Assembly (NCBI RefSeq): GCF_002571385.2
Contig: NW_019218050.1
Location: 1-64,000, forward strand
From: Stylophora pistillata
Taxonomy: Eukaryota
Length of the DNA stretch: 64,000 nucleotides
Reading direction: 5' to 3'
The position numbers were made by a program, and so were the translations under genes. Position 1 is the first letter of the stretch. Every line of letters begins with the position of its first letter. The notes below the pieces were generated by a model, which saw only the letters and a program-made list of their open reading frames with translations, was not told where the DNA came from and searched no databases. Of this stretch, positions 12,007 to 22,611 are shown one piece after another.

Positions 12007-14834
12007 CTCCAGTTTTTAATAATAATAAACATTCCCCCTCAGAGGCCAACAATAAGGGTCACATACCTGAAAAACAACCCTGGAATCCTGTTGAATATCA
12101 GTTTAAGTCCAACCCAGTTGGTTACTCCACCTAAAGCAACAGAGTAAAATACAAAATGTATTAAATATAAGTTCATTGTTAACTCTTTGATCCCTAGGAG
12201 CTGCTACCATCTAATTTCTTCAATATCAACCCTGAAACACATATTAAGGTCATGGGAATAAAGGAAATGATCACAAACTATAGAGAGTCTTGATTGTTAG
12301 ACAAATTCTCTCAATCTGCACCTTAGGAAATGTACAGAGAACAGTATGGAGAATATGCATCCTGATGTTAGGGTGTAGAACTTTGACAAAATATCACAAG
12401 AGAACTGAGTTCCTACTTTAACAAAGCGTACAATAGGTTCCTACAAATGGCAAAATGTCTGATTTGGAAAGGAAAATGAATGAAGAACAGCCAAAAAGAT
12501 TTTTGAAAAAGGACAAGTTTTCTGAACTTGCATCACATGCTCTATTCCCCCTGCTTTGATACTAACTAACAATTCCTTCTTTCAGTAAATCATTGCTCTG
12601 GGCAATATCAGTTACAACAGAAATACCAACAGATGGCAGGGTAAGAAAAAGGCAGCGAAAATATGTCAAATAAGAACACATAAAGACAGGTGTCATCATA
12701 CCAGTGAATCCAAAGAGCCCTGCTGCCATCAACACTTCACAAGCCATCTTGATGGCTGAAGAGAAAAATTTAAGCATTGATGAATAACGGTTATGCTTAA
12801 TCCCTTTATAAATTGATTAGTGTACAACCTGTGTTGATTCTGCTGTGGTTGAAGCTTAAAAAGTTAAAACTTATATGTGGCAATAGAATGGGTTTTCCCT
12901 GTGTCTCTACTATTCAAGACCATGAGTGAGGAAGGGGGAGCTTGTTTGATTTTATGGCCTGGGGGTGGGTGCTTACTCAGGGGGGGGGGCACTTATTAAA
13001 AGCATGGGCTCTTACCAGAGGAAATATGGTAATCCAAAAGGCAGACAGTGAAAAAAGACATTCAATCACTATTCTGCATGCCAATAGGCAGCCCCAGCCT
13101 CTAACATGCATGAAAACATTTAGTGCCTCCTCTGCTCTATGTAGAGATTTTTTAATGATCTGCATTTGATTATGTCTGGATGTCCATTAAAGTGTCTCAC
13201 TTGCCTTTCTGTTCATTTTTGTGTTTAAAAACTGTGATCAGAACTCCACCAGTGATGAAGAGAAAAAATGCAACAACAATGCTGACACAGCCAATGGTTA
13301 TGTTGGGGTAGCTTCTGTGGTATGTCTTTGGGATACATGCAGGCAAAGATTAAAAGTAGAAAAAAAAATATTTGAATGAGGCTTCAGTTTGTATATAGTG
13401 TTACAGCACTAACGGTTTTCAGAAATAACATGGACAATTTAACTATATGCTTGATGCTTTTCACAAAACATGAGATTAATAAGTTGGATTCCAGCCAAAA
13501 TAGCAATCTTCATTTAATTGAGTTAATGGCATATAATAAAAAGAACACTTTTAATCCTCAGTTGGTGACATTTCTGGTGACCATCAATGCCACAACTTTA
13601 TTAAGTGTCAACAGGCCAAATTGCAATGGATGCCATCTGCTTATTAGGCTAAAAAATGCAAATGAGGCACTGAGGTCAGAATAAATAACTTCTGGGTTGG
13701 TCTATGTTTGCCAAATAACCATGAGAAAAAATTTCCTTGATAAATACAAAATATTTATCAAAAAAAAGGGAACAACATACAACTTCTGATGAAAAGTGTG
13801 AGGGTAAACTGACAGAATCTTGCAAATTATCAGCATGTTGACTATACAATGATTCTGTGTGAAAGGATGACACATCACTCATGGCTTGTCCATTGCATTC
13901 CACAGAGACACCTAAATTGTCAAATTCTGCATGCCTACTGCTTGCTTGAGAGCCTCTAGAGTGTCTTCTTCTACCATCTGATAGTAACTCAAGGGTTGCA
14001 TTTCTGTAATGAGACAATACTTTCACTTAAATTAACTTATCACAACACCAGGGATTTAATAATTTCAGCTGATCATTGTTCATATGTTTCCACTCTCTTT
14101 CCTTTAACTTGCACCTTGCTAAAGACAATGTTGAAGATAATAAGATAAACTGTCCCATCTTCTCAACCAATCAGACTCAAAACTTAAACCAATTGCCTCT
14201 TCTAATGTTTTCCTACACCTCAAGCAGTTTCTTTGTTTTTACTTTGCGATATGATTGGCTCCATGTGTTCTTTATACTTGGCTCTGATTGGTTGTTGCAA
14301 TTAATTTGGCTTTGGTTTTACAAAACTTAATCAAGATGTGCCTCATATTGAGAGTAATTAAAGGAAACTGAAAAAATTACCTTTCTTAATTTTCTCACCA
14401 AGACCTGAGCTTGATGTACAGAATAGGAGGATTAATTTGTAGGGGGTTGCTTATTCTTTATGGTAATTTGCTTAGTGGGGGAAAATTGTCAAATACGGGT
14501 ATTTATACCGCTCAGAGGAAAAATAGTTGAAGGGGTAATTATTTGAGAGGGAGCATCCTTGATTGGAGAAGGGGAGCTGAATTGAATCAAGTCATTACGG
14601 CACCAACAATGCTTTTTTATGTCACCTAACAGTCAAGTTATTTTATGGGTGAATGAACCCGATCACTAGATTAGTTATTTCTTAGGTTTTAGTAAATTAG
14701 TATTAAAACTGAAAGTGGACCTAAGTCGAGAGCTCGAAACTTCGAGCACGAAATGAGGAATAAAGAAAGTTGATCTCTGTATGCTCTCACCGTGCATGAG
14801 TACGTTTTTGGTTTGCTTCAGGCCAAGTTGCCAT
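7632..14834 (-). CDS. DUF445/UPF0754-like membrane protein, 11 coding exons, 351 aa
   Basis: Exons 14834-14791, 14003-13781, 13325-13205, 12755-12702, 12130-12067, 11147-11011, 10696-10610, 9892-9798, 9042-8986, 8432-8376 and 7748-7632 splice in phase (1056 nt, no internal stop, TGA at 7632). The product has GLFGFTGGVTNWVGLKLIFNRIPGLFFSG...FILEEFF and RTHELSAQQVKQLVEDAVYRHLSWIVFWGSVLGAFVG, matching my recollection of the N- and C-terminal motifs of short bacterial DUF445 proteins. Exon 1 is the least certain. Confidence 0.85.
9093..9246. mobile_element. MITE with CAGTGGCGGAT...ATCCGCCACTG termini (hAT-like)
   Basis: TIRs visible. Related elements at about 9937-10224 and 23882-24051. TSDs not cleanly preserved. 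Confidence 0.6.
9544..9739. other. Assembly gap (N run)
   Basis: Run of n. Others at 34845-34968 and 47695-48401, single n at 30833. Confidence 1.
10320..10437. repeat. (TGAA)n/(TGGA)n microsatellite
   Basis: Visible directly. Confidence 0.9.
11735..12025. repeat. Hairpin-containing interspersed repeat (Crypton-like non-autonomous, tentative)
   Basis: Begins TTAACAATTATT and has a long internal inverted repeat (gttggatatgagatgat...atcatctcatatccaac). Similar architecture at about 15715-16297, 53170-53487 and 62890-63060. Confidence 0.45.
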
Positions 14835-14983
14835 CGTCAAAACTAAAACAGCTGGTTTCCATGATTTGTGTTAAAAGGACCACAACTTCTTCCAAACGTC
14901 GCCATATTGGGTACTGAGAAAGGGACTGGAAATTACATGACCCTTCAAAACCCCCAGCGGGTAGTGGAGAGGATTCCAACACT
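14835..14983. promoter_or_regulatory. Short divergent intergenic segment, candidate bidirectional promoter
   Basis: 149 bp separate the divergent ATGs. YY1-like CGCCATATT at 14900-14908. CpG-richer than the flanking introns. Confidence 0.5.
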
Positions 14984-15445
14984 ATGGCGGTTAACGTTTG
15001 GTTACGAATTTTCCTTTACGGCCTCCACGGGTTTTTCGATGAAATAGTGTTCACATCGTTGTTTAATTTTGTCGAATCGAGCTTCCGTGACTGGAAATTC
15101 CGCGGACACTCTTCGTTATGGTCATTTTTCCAGTATGGATTTGGAAGCTTTGTAGTCGAACAAATGTACTTGAGTTGGAAAGGCAAGTGGTACTTACCTA
15201 TGCCTGTTCGAGGTGTTCTGTACGTCCTTTGGGTGTATCTGTGGGAGTTTAGTTGGGGTGTAGTGCTCAGACATTTTAATGCTTGTCCTTGGGATTATAG
15301 TAATCGACAATGGAATGTCTATGGCCTGATAACTTTGCAGTATTTTCCGGTGTGGTACATTGCAAGTTTGTATCAAGAATTACTGTCGGAATATCTACTA
15401 ACGCTTTCCAAAGATCCGAGATACACAGATCGGAAAGATTCCTGA
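14984..15445 (+). CDS. TMEM229B: Transmembrane protein 229 family (TMEM229B-like), single exon, 153 aa
   Basis: Motifs LYGLHGFFDEIVFT, WKFRGHSSLWSFFQYG, YLWEFSWG, ACPWDYS and GLITLQYFPVW are characteristic of TMEM229. Confidence 0.88.
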   Translation: MAVNVWLRIFLYGLHGFFDEIVFTSLFNFVESSFRDWKFRGHSSLWSFFQYGFGSFVVEQMYLSWKGKWYLPMPVRGVLYVLWVYLWEFSWGVVLRHFNACPWDYSNRQWNVYGLITLQYFPVWYIASLYQELLSEYLLTLSKDPRYTDRKDS

Positions 15446-15947
15446 CGCACAGAGAATTGACAAGAAGCTGAAGGAAAATCGAGTCGATTCAAGGTGGGAA
15501 AATGAGGAGAAAAAAATAAAATGTTCTTACCGTGTCACAAGCAGATTCCATCACGAATGTCACGCAACGCCCTCAGTCGCGAACACTGAGTTGTGATTAA
15601 CCCTTTGAAAAATTTTTTTAGTGGACTAAGCTTTGTCAGAAAGGGGCAGATTTTTGAGGCTTTAGGCATCTTAAAGGGTAGAGATACTACAAGTTAAGAT
15701 ATATCATTTTACATTAGACATACCATAAAAACTCTGATTGGTCGAGAGCATACAACGGTCAATAAACAAGGTATATCTGCAGCAAATATTGGGTTATCAT
15801 GTTGAGTTCAAAGTCTGCCTAGTTTCCAAGCCCCTTTCCTGTGTAGTTTCCTCAAACTCGCAAACTCAGAGTGGTGTCTTCTCTTGCAGATTGTTTAAAA
15901 AAATGTATAATAAAACAATTATTGAATGCCTTTTTCCCATGATGTCA

Positions 15948-16169
15948 TAGCCTGTGGAGCAGGTGTAATTTGGGCGAGCGAGTGCTGAGTATTTTCTTAG
16001 CTAAATGTGACTGCCATTTTTTATTTTAATGGCAGTGGAAGGCTGGGGAGAGAAAGAAATTTGTACTAAGGGGGTGAATGACAGTCAATTTAAACACAGC
16101 TGGTTGAATAAATGATCGTGTACTTCTTAACATTAACTCATCCTAATAAGACGCCTGCACTGTGGGCTA
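15948..16169. mobile_element. AcademH-like MITE nested in a hairpin repeat
   Basis: TAGCCTG...GGGCTA termini and degenerate 9-bp TSD ATGATGTCA/ATTATATCA. The host repeat resumes on both sides (compare the uninterrupted relative at about 62890-63060). Confidence 0.6.
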
Positions 16170-17556
16170 ATTATATCATGAATTATCAAACCTTGTCTGT
16201 GTTACCTGCCTCAGCCCTTGGCTTTGGCAGATAACTCAGACCGCAGCATTGATAATTCATGATATCATACTCGACCTCATCCAATAATTGCTTAATATAT
16301 GGTCACCATTAGCCAATGAGAACTCAAATCGAAACAGGAAAACCACAAAAAGTGTGGGAAAACACCATTGGTAAACCAAATCACCATTGGTTCTTGTTTT
16401 AACTTTTTGCTGTGCTCCTGATTGGTTACGAGTATGGCAACTGACACTGCTAATCCCCTGGCTGCTAATGGAGCATGACAAATATGGATCAGTACTTTGA
16501 CTTCTGAATATTGTGATGTTTCTTAGAGGCACATGGATCCCAGAGGAGAATCAAAAGTTGAAGAAATCTTGAACAATGTGCAAATAAATGTTCATTTGTA
16601 AATGTAGGGTGAACTCTGTGTTAGGTTAAGGTTATGTTACTTTCTGACAAGAAATGGAGAGGTACACACAAAACTTGTTCCAAAGACATGAACATCCTCC
16701 AATCAAAGCCATTCTTTAATAGCTTGGTGCTAGTTTTGAGAGGATTCTACCCAGTCACAATGCAAATATTGCCTAGTCTTGTCACTAAATGGTTTTTTTT
16801 TTTATCAGTGAAAGAGTAATCACATCAATGATAAGAAAATATTGTTTGTTTACGATGTGGTCCCTTATGATATGAATTGTGACATTTCAACTGCAAAGAC
16901 CATGAGACAAACGATGATACTTTATTATCACTGTCCTTTACCACAATGAACAAGTACAATCTTTTTTTACAAAAGTAATCCCATCTCTGGTTTCACCAAG
17001 ATGGAGACATCTTACTCACTGCTTTAAGCATTTGTGCTTGCACTGATGCTAATCTATACTGGACATAAACTTGTCCATATTCTTGTATGCATACAGTACA
17101 GAAAGAAAACACACCCTAGATCTAAAACCTCAAAACTTAATTTTTTGCTTACAAATTGCTCATGCATGACTAAGAGTTTTCTTGTTTGTATTCAAGATAA
17201 ACAACTTTTGCAAGCATCTGACAAGTTCAACTGAATGTCAAAGTTCAATTGATGTATTTCTTCTCCAACCTCCCAGCAACATGGCAAACATTTTATAGGT
17301 ACAGCTATACCAACAGCTCATGGTATAGCACTACAAATAATTATAAAATATAATTACATTTAAAAGAAAATGATCAGGAATGATCAAGCACAAAAGCAGT
17401 CAAAAAAATCAATAATTCAAAATGAGAAGCCCTCAAGTTTGAGGTCTGTAGGCTTCTCACACATTAAATTGCTCAGAATAAACCATTTCACTCGTATTAA
17501 GATCACAGTTCATTTTTTTCCATTATTGATAATAATCTAAGCAAATGCCTCAGCCA

Positions 17557-19278
17557 CTAATCATGAGATCCTTCCACTGACAAGGCATTGATAAACTTTT
17601 TTGGCACCTTAAGTAATGATGCTTGCAGAAATGAGCATTCCCCACTTGGTATAAACGATACCCTGTGCCATCTATTTGTACCTATGTCAAAGCACTGCAC
17701 ATCACCCAGGTCTTCCTTCAGGTATTCTTCTTCATCATCATAAACAACACCCTCTCCTCCAAACACATAAACAGTGTCTCCAATACTCACAATACCACTT
17801 CCTGCTCGAGGAAGTCTAAGACTAGGTTCCAGGCTCCATTGATTTGTGCTTGAATCAAATATTTCACAGGAGGGTTCAATAGCCCCCAAGACATTGTCAG
17901 CATATCCTCCAAACACAAAAACTTTTGTGCCAACTTCCACTGCGGCAGCTGACCTTCGGACATTGGACATACTTGAAATCTCAGTCCATTGGTCAGTTAA
18001 TGGATTGTAACGTTCTGCACTGTTTAAACAATCCACACCATTGTGACCAGCAAAGACAAAAATATGTCCTTGCAGTACTACTGCACTGTGTTCAGCACGA
18101 GAAGTTTCCATTGAACCTCCTTGTCTCCACTTGTTAAGAACTGGATTGTAAATTTGAACATCTCGCCATGAATACTCTCCACCAATTACATAGAGCTCTT
18201 CATTAAGTGATGTGACTGTACAGCCTTTTCGGCGCGACATCAGGTCAAGTGTGTTCCACTCATTCTTTTTAGGGTTAAAGCAACAGATGGGGGCTGATTC
18301 GCTCCCACCCATCACGTATAAGACGCCACCACAAACTGCAGCACCATGATGAACATGTGGTATAGGTATGTTGGGTAACGACACCCAGGTATTGGAAGCA
18401 GGCACAAAGCAGTCAGAAGTTTCCTCTGGGAAATCAACTTCTGTGCCAGTGAGGATCACTACATTTTCATAACCATCTAAAGACAAGCGCGACCTTTGTG
18501 AAGAATCTTGAGAGCAAGCTGGAAATACAACAAGGTCTAATGCATCCACTACTAACCTAGTACAAGTTAGGTTCTTCCTAATCAACTCTTCATGGAGAAT
18601 CTTTCGCATACTGTACTTGGACATTGAAAACCATCTTACACATTCCAACAGTTCTGGGAGTAAACATTCCCTAGATGGTAGATCATGTTTTACCCAGGCC
18701 ATCGTTGCTTCATATACTTCCTCTTCCTCAGCCACGTTTATCTCATCCATACAAATCAGGTCCTTAACTTTATTTACATCCAGCTTTCTAAAGTCTTCCG
18801 ATCGCGTCACCCTTACAAAATTATTAACTTTGTAGGTAACTGCCGCTTGCTTTAGCGTTTCACAGTTATACCGAGAGGCAAATGATTCTAACGCCATGCA
18901 ATTGGAAGCATCTAATTTACTCTTAAGGAATACAGCAGCTTTCTCTTTTAAACTTGGCATGATCAAATAGTCGGCGGCCATTACTAAGTCTTGAGCGCTA
19001 GCAAAAGTAGTGCTCACCTCGCCAGTGTAAATAAACCAAATAACATCGCCGAATGTGGCAGATTTTATCTCCTGTAACTCAACAAGACCGCTCTCCCTTT
19101 CTCTCAGATGACTGCTAAACATGGCCCGGAAGTAAGAGCTTGCCGCTGAAAGAACACATCTATGGGCAGGAAAATCCTGGCCTTGAGCTCGAATGGTCGT
19201 ATCACAAAGAATGTTATTTTCTCTGAGCTCGTTGAGTGTGTGGAGCAACTCGTCTTTATAATCATTGAAAGTTCTCAT
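17557..19278 (-). CDS. Kelch-like protein (BTB-BACK-Kelch), paralog 1, intronless
   Basis: BTB (LCDTTIRAQGQDFPAHRCVLSAASSYFRAMF), BACK (EEEVYEATMAWVKHD) and Kelch repeats (LYVIGG, YNP..DQW). Start set at MRTFND (19278) by paralog comparison. Upstream in-frame ATGs exist at 19350 and inside the transposon. Confidence 0.9.
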   Translation of the reverse strand: MRTFNDYKDELLHTLNELRENNILCDTTIRAQGQDFPAHRCVLSAASSYFRAMFSSHLRERESGLVELQEIKSATFGDVIWFIYTGEVSTTFASAQDLVMAADYLIMPSLKEKAAVFLKSKLDASNCMALESFASRYNCETLKQAAVTYKVNNFVRVTRSEDFRKLDVNKVKDLICMDEINVAEEEEVYEATMAWVKHDLPSRECLLPELLECVRWFSMSKYSMRKILHEELIRKNLTCTRLVVDALDLVVFPACSQDSSQRSRLSLDGYENVVILTGTEVDFPEETSDCFVPASNTWVSLPNIPIPHVHHGAAVCGGVLYVMGGSESAPICCFNPKKNEWNTLDLMSRRKGCTVTSLNEELYVIGGEYSWRDVQIYNPVLNKWRQGGSMETSRAEHSAVVLQGHIFVFAGHNGVDCLNSAERYNPLTDQWTEISSMSNVRRSAAAVEVGTKVFVFGGYADNVLGAIEPSCEIFDSSTNQWSLEPSLRLPRAGSGIVSIGDTVYVFGGEGVVYDDEEEYLKEDLGDVQCFDIGTNRWHRVSFIPSGECSFLQASLLKVPKKFINALSVEGSHD

Positions 19279-19369
19279 CTCTGCTTCTTTTAGTGCGAAG
19301 CCGTCGCCAACGAAGTGCCCAGGTTGCAACGTGGGCAGTAGATGTGTCATGTAGGAGGAAGCGAAGTAT

Positions 19370-19907
19370 AGAGCGTTTTCACTCACGTGACCAAATTTCT
19401 TTATCGTCATGGTAACCGACTTCATCCGCCATGTTGGTGTTCTATGATACTCAGCTGTGAGTGTTGTGACAAGAAACATTTGGAGCACATTTTACGGTTT
19501 TGAGAAGACAATAGTGTAATATTTTATATTTTTGTTATCACGGTCCTTTGCCTTGTCATTAGCTGTGGGAACAAAACAGGGAAGAAGTGGTCTAACGTCG
19601 GAAAAGTAATGTTTTTTCGTGTCCCACGTGTTCAGCTTACTGTAATAACTCGTGTCAAGCACCAAAAACAACAATAAATCCATCGATTCGACCAGAGGCA
19701 GGCACTCTGGATCGTATTTTTTGTCTGATAACAAGAGAGGATCGATTCCAACACAAGAAATCTTCTCTAAATAACGTTTTCTCATGTGGGGATCGAGTGT
19801 GTTCGCATAATCTGAGAGAGGATATCCCGCCATGTTGAAAAATGTGGAACACCAACATGGCGACTCAACTTTCCCGCGAAATTTGTGACGTCATGTGCAA
19901 ACGCTCT
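19370..19907. mobile_element. 538-bp internally deleted ISL2EU-type (Harbinger-related) transposon
   Basis: TIR AGAGCGTTT(T/G)CAC flanked by AT on both sides. Plus-strand THAP N-terminal remnant (ACG)VLCLVISCGNKTGKK...FFRVPR at 19540-19632 abuts a minus-strand remnant MAGYPLSDYA...RYLEKI...GIDP...LPLVESMDLLLFLVLDTSYYS (19833-about 19636), which resembles the N-terminus of the SWIM/YqaJ second ORF. Confidence 0.7.
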
Positions 19908-21685
19908 ATAGTATGATGACAATTTCCTTGCACACTACGAGAACATCGCGCGCAACCTCGTCTTTTCCTCCCTCGGCAAAGGAGAGAAGCCAGAGAGGAC
20001 ACTTTGAACGAGGTAAATTTTCATCCCGGTCAAAGACGATGTTAGTTAGTGAATGACTAGGACACTCTACCATTGGGCTATGTCAGAGACTCGTGGCAAA
20101 GACCATTTAACAAGGTCCATGCCGACAAACTTCCTGCATACGAGTATCTTAGAGTATCTCATGGCCAAGTTGTAGAACGCCCGAAGTATTGGGAGCACTC
20201 GGCAAATGATGGTAGAGTGTAATGAGACTAATAACTAACTAACTAACTGAGCGGTGGGACATCACCCTGATTGTTCTGTTAACAAGCGTCAGAATATAAT
20301 AAAGGGTATAGGGCGAGTAAAAACAAAGGGGAAGATTAGCATAAGTGCTCGTCGTGCACATTACTAGTATAAAGACCGGCGAGAAAGCCGAGTAATGACA
20401 CGATTCACACTCGAAAAGTAAAGCTTTAGAATCGTGGGGGAAGGCATTCCTACGAATAAATTACTAATTCCGGTGAACTGCTTTTAACGGATGGACGAAA
20501 TGGGCAGCTCCATGCTCAGTAGAAAAACATATTTCAGCTAGAGATCATAAACTCTGCATTTCAGTGATGAGAATTGAAATCAGTGCCAAGCGTCGCGTAG
20601 CTATAACATTTAAAACGATGGCAAAGTATAATTAAGCTAACCATTAATAAAGAATGGTAGTTTTCGTCTTGTGGCATCTTTTCCATGCAATCGTCAACTC
20701 TGGATCGTGTTTGGTTCATCCGAGCTCAAATTAGGGTATTCTGCACAACGACTGTTGTCGATGACAGCGAATTGTTTTACACAGACTGAGAAGTGGTCAG
20801 TGTCGTGGTTCAATGTAAGAGTTCTTTTTGAGAATGATTCCATCAAATGTTTCAAATTTGATGCATTATTTATTGAAACTGATTCAGTCAGTTCCTTCGT
20901 GCTGTTATACCTAACACGTTTTCCACTTAACAGTCAAAAAACAAAAGCTAAAGTATTGTGATGATAACGCCCAATCTTATCATAAGTAATGAGCCAATAG
21001 GAACTAAGAGTTAAATAAAACAAACCTCTAAAAACGTGGGAAAACGCTGCTGACCAATAACAACGAATGGAAGACTCGCAATGGTCATTACCTGATTTTG
21101 TCTATTATAAATATCTTTCGGTTTCACCAAAAGGGAGACATCCAATCTAACTCGTATGCCTTCTTCACCTGGTTGTGATGACATCAAATCCAGCTAGATC
21201 TGTGCGCGTCTAGTCTTGTTCTCAGACCTTCCACGGCCAAGTAACATTTCAGTTATACGGTAGGAACTGGGTACGAGATTAGTTTCACGTCTAAGGTTTC
21301 ACGGGGTCGGCATTAGATAACATAGGGTGAAGTAGACCCGAATGATTAGCATTTTCCGATCATCTTAGTGATGTCATCTTCCGACCGCACTGTAAACTTC
21401 GGAAATTAACATGGCGACGTAACCGTGAAATCACTGTGTTGCGGGCGATTGCAGGTTGTAAGCTTAGACCAGGCCACGCATCGTTTTGGTTTACGTTTGT
21501 AGACTAATAAAAAGTTCAGCAGTTCGCGGGACAAGCAGATGGATGTTTCCGGAGGAACTCACGAGCCGACCTATTCTCTATCTACCTCACCCGATGTTAT
21601 TTAGACCTTTTGCAAAGGACAGTACAGAACATAGGGTGAGGATTATTGTTATTATTTTGAGAATTCTAAGTTGTGTAGTTCCGTG

Positions 21686-21924
21686 AATAAAGGTTGATAG
21701 TTTCTAAAGAAACTGTTTGGGGCTGCGTTGGTGGGGGTAACGAAATAATTTGGATATATCAACAAAGTTGAAATGTTAAATTGGCCACCGTAAGGATTAG
21801 AAAAGCTGACGTTTCGAGCGTTAGCCCATTCGCTCCGACGAAGGGCTAACGCTCGAAACGTCAGCTTTTCTAATCCTTACGGTGGCCAATTTATCATTTC
21901 AACTTTGTTGATATATCCAAATTA
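21686..21924. mobile_element. Penelope-like terminal-repeat remnant forming a 179-bp palindrome with a degenerate hammerhead motif
   Basis: Inverted arms span 21746-21924, centre gct-CCGACGA-agggctaacgctc-GAAAC-GTC-agc. Flanking near-direct repeats ttgtgtagttccgtg/ttatgtagttcagtg. Related copy at about 48680-48830. Confidence 0.7.
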
Positions 21925-22174
21925 TGTAGTTCAGTGTCTATCATATACACTCTGTTTTTGGCCTTCTTTGTTTAATTGATGGAACTTTATGCAATATTTA
22001 TGTTATTTTTCTATGCCAAAACTTCCGTCAATTTGAAAGCTTACATTTATCTTAATAATGTTAATTACTTGATGAACAGTTTTGAAAAATTGGTTAAGAG
22101 CAACAAATTCAGATTACTCTTTAGCAGTAAGTTCAATGTGGAAAAGAATTAACACCCAGCCTTTCTCTAGACTT

Positions 22175-22611
22175 CAGTGTTTCTCAAGGTTCCTTACTGG
22201 GACCTTTGCAATTTGTGATATACATAAACAACCTGCCTCAATGTTGCGCAGCACTTAGCCATAAGGATGTATCCCAATGATACAGTGATCTATTATACTG
22301 GGTCTCTTATCAACATAATCAGATTAAATCTACAAGAAGACCTCAAACGAGTTGAGAAGTGGTTGATGAGTAGCAGACTGATACTAAATAGACCACTTTC
22401 ATAAATGGCTGCCGGATTAATCTTCTTTTGTTTAAATTTAAATTAGCCCTACTAGCCTCGTTCTCCAGTACAAAATTCAAAAGAATACATTATCTCAAGC
22501 GAGGCCAGAAGGGTTAATTTAAATTTAAACAAAAGAATATGTAAACGGCAGCCATTTATGAAAGCGGTCTATTAGAGAAGAGTAATGAAGTTCGATTATC
22601 TGAGGGGTTAA
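22175..22611 (+). pseudogene. CR1/L2-clade LINE reverse transcriptase fragment (5' part)
   Basis: Decayed VSQGSLLGPLQFVIYINNLP, MYPNDTVIY (YADD box), LQEDLKRVEKWL..SRLILN and RRVMKFDYL. Continues at 31466. Confidence 0.85.
22390..22570. mobile_element. 181-bp MITE with long TIRs (ISL2EU-like ends)
   Basis: AGACCACTTTCATAAATGGCTGCCG...CGGCAGCCATTTATGAAAGCGGTCT flanked by AT, interrupting the LINE. Confidence 0.75.

Noticed and set aside
19351-19488. Long N-terminus of the 643-aa Kelch ORF
   Set aside because: Lies mostly in an inserted transposon and is absent from the paralogs. Kept only as a hypothesis in findings.
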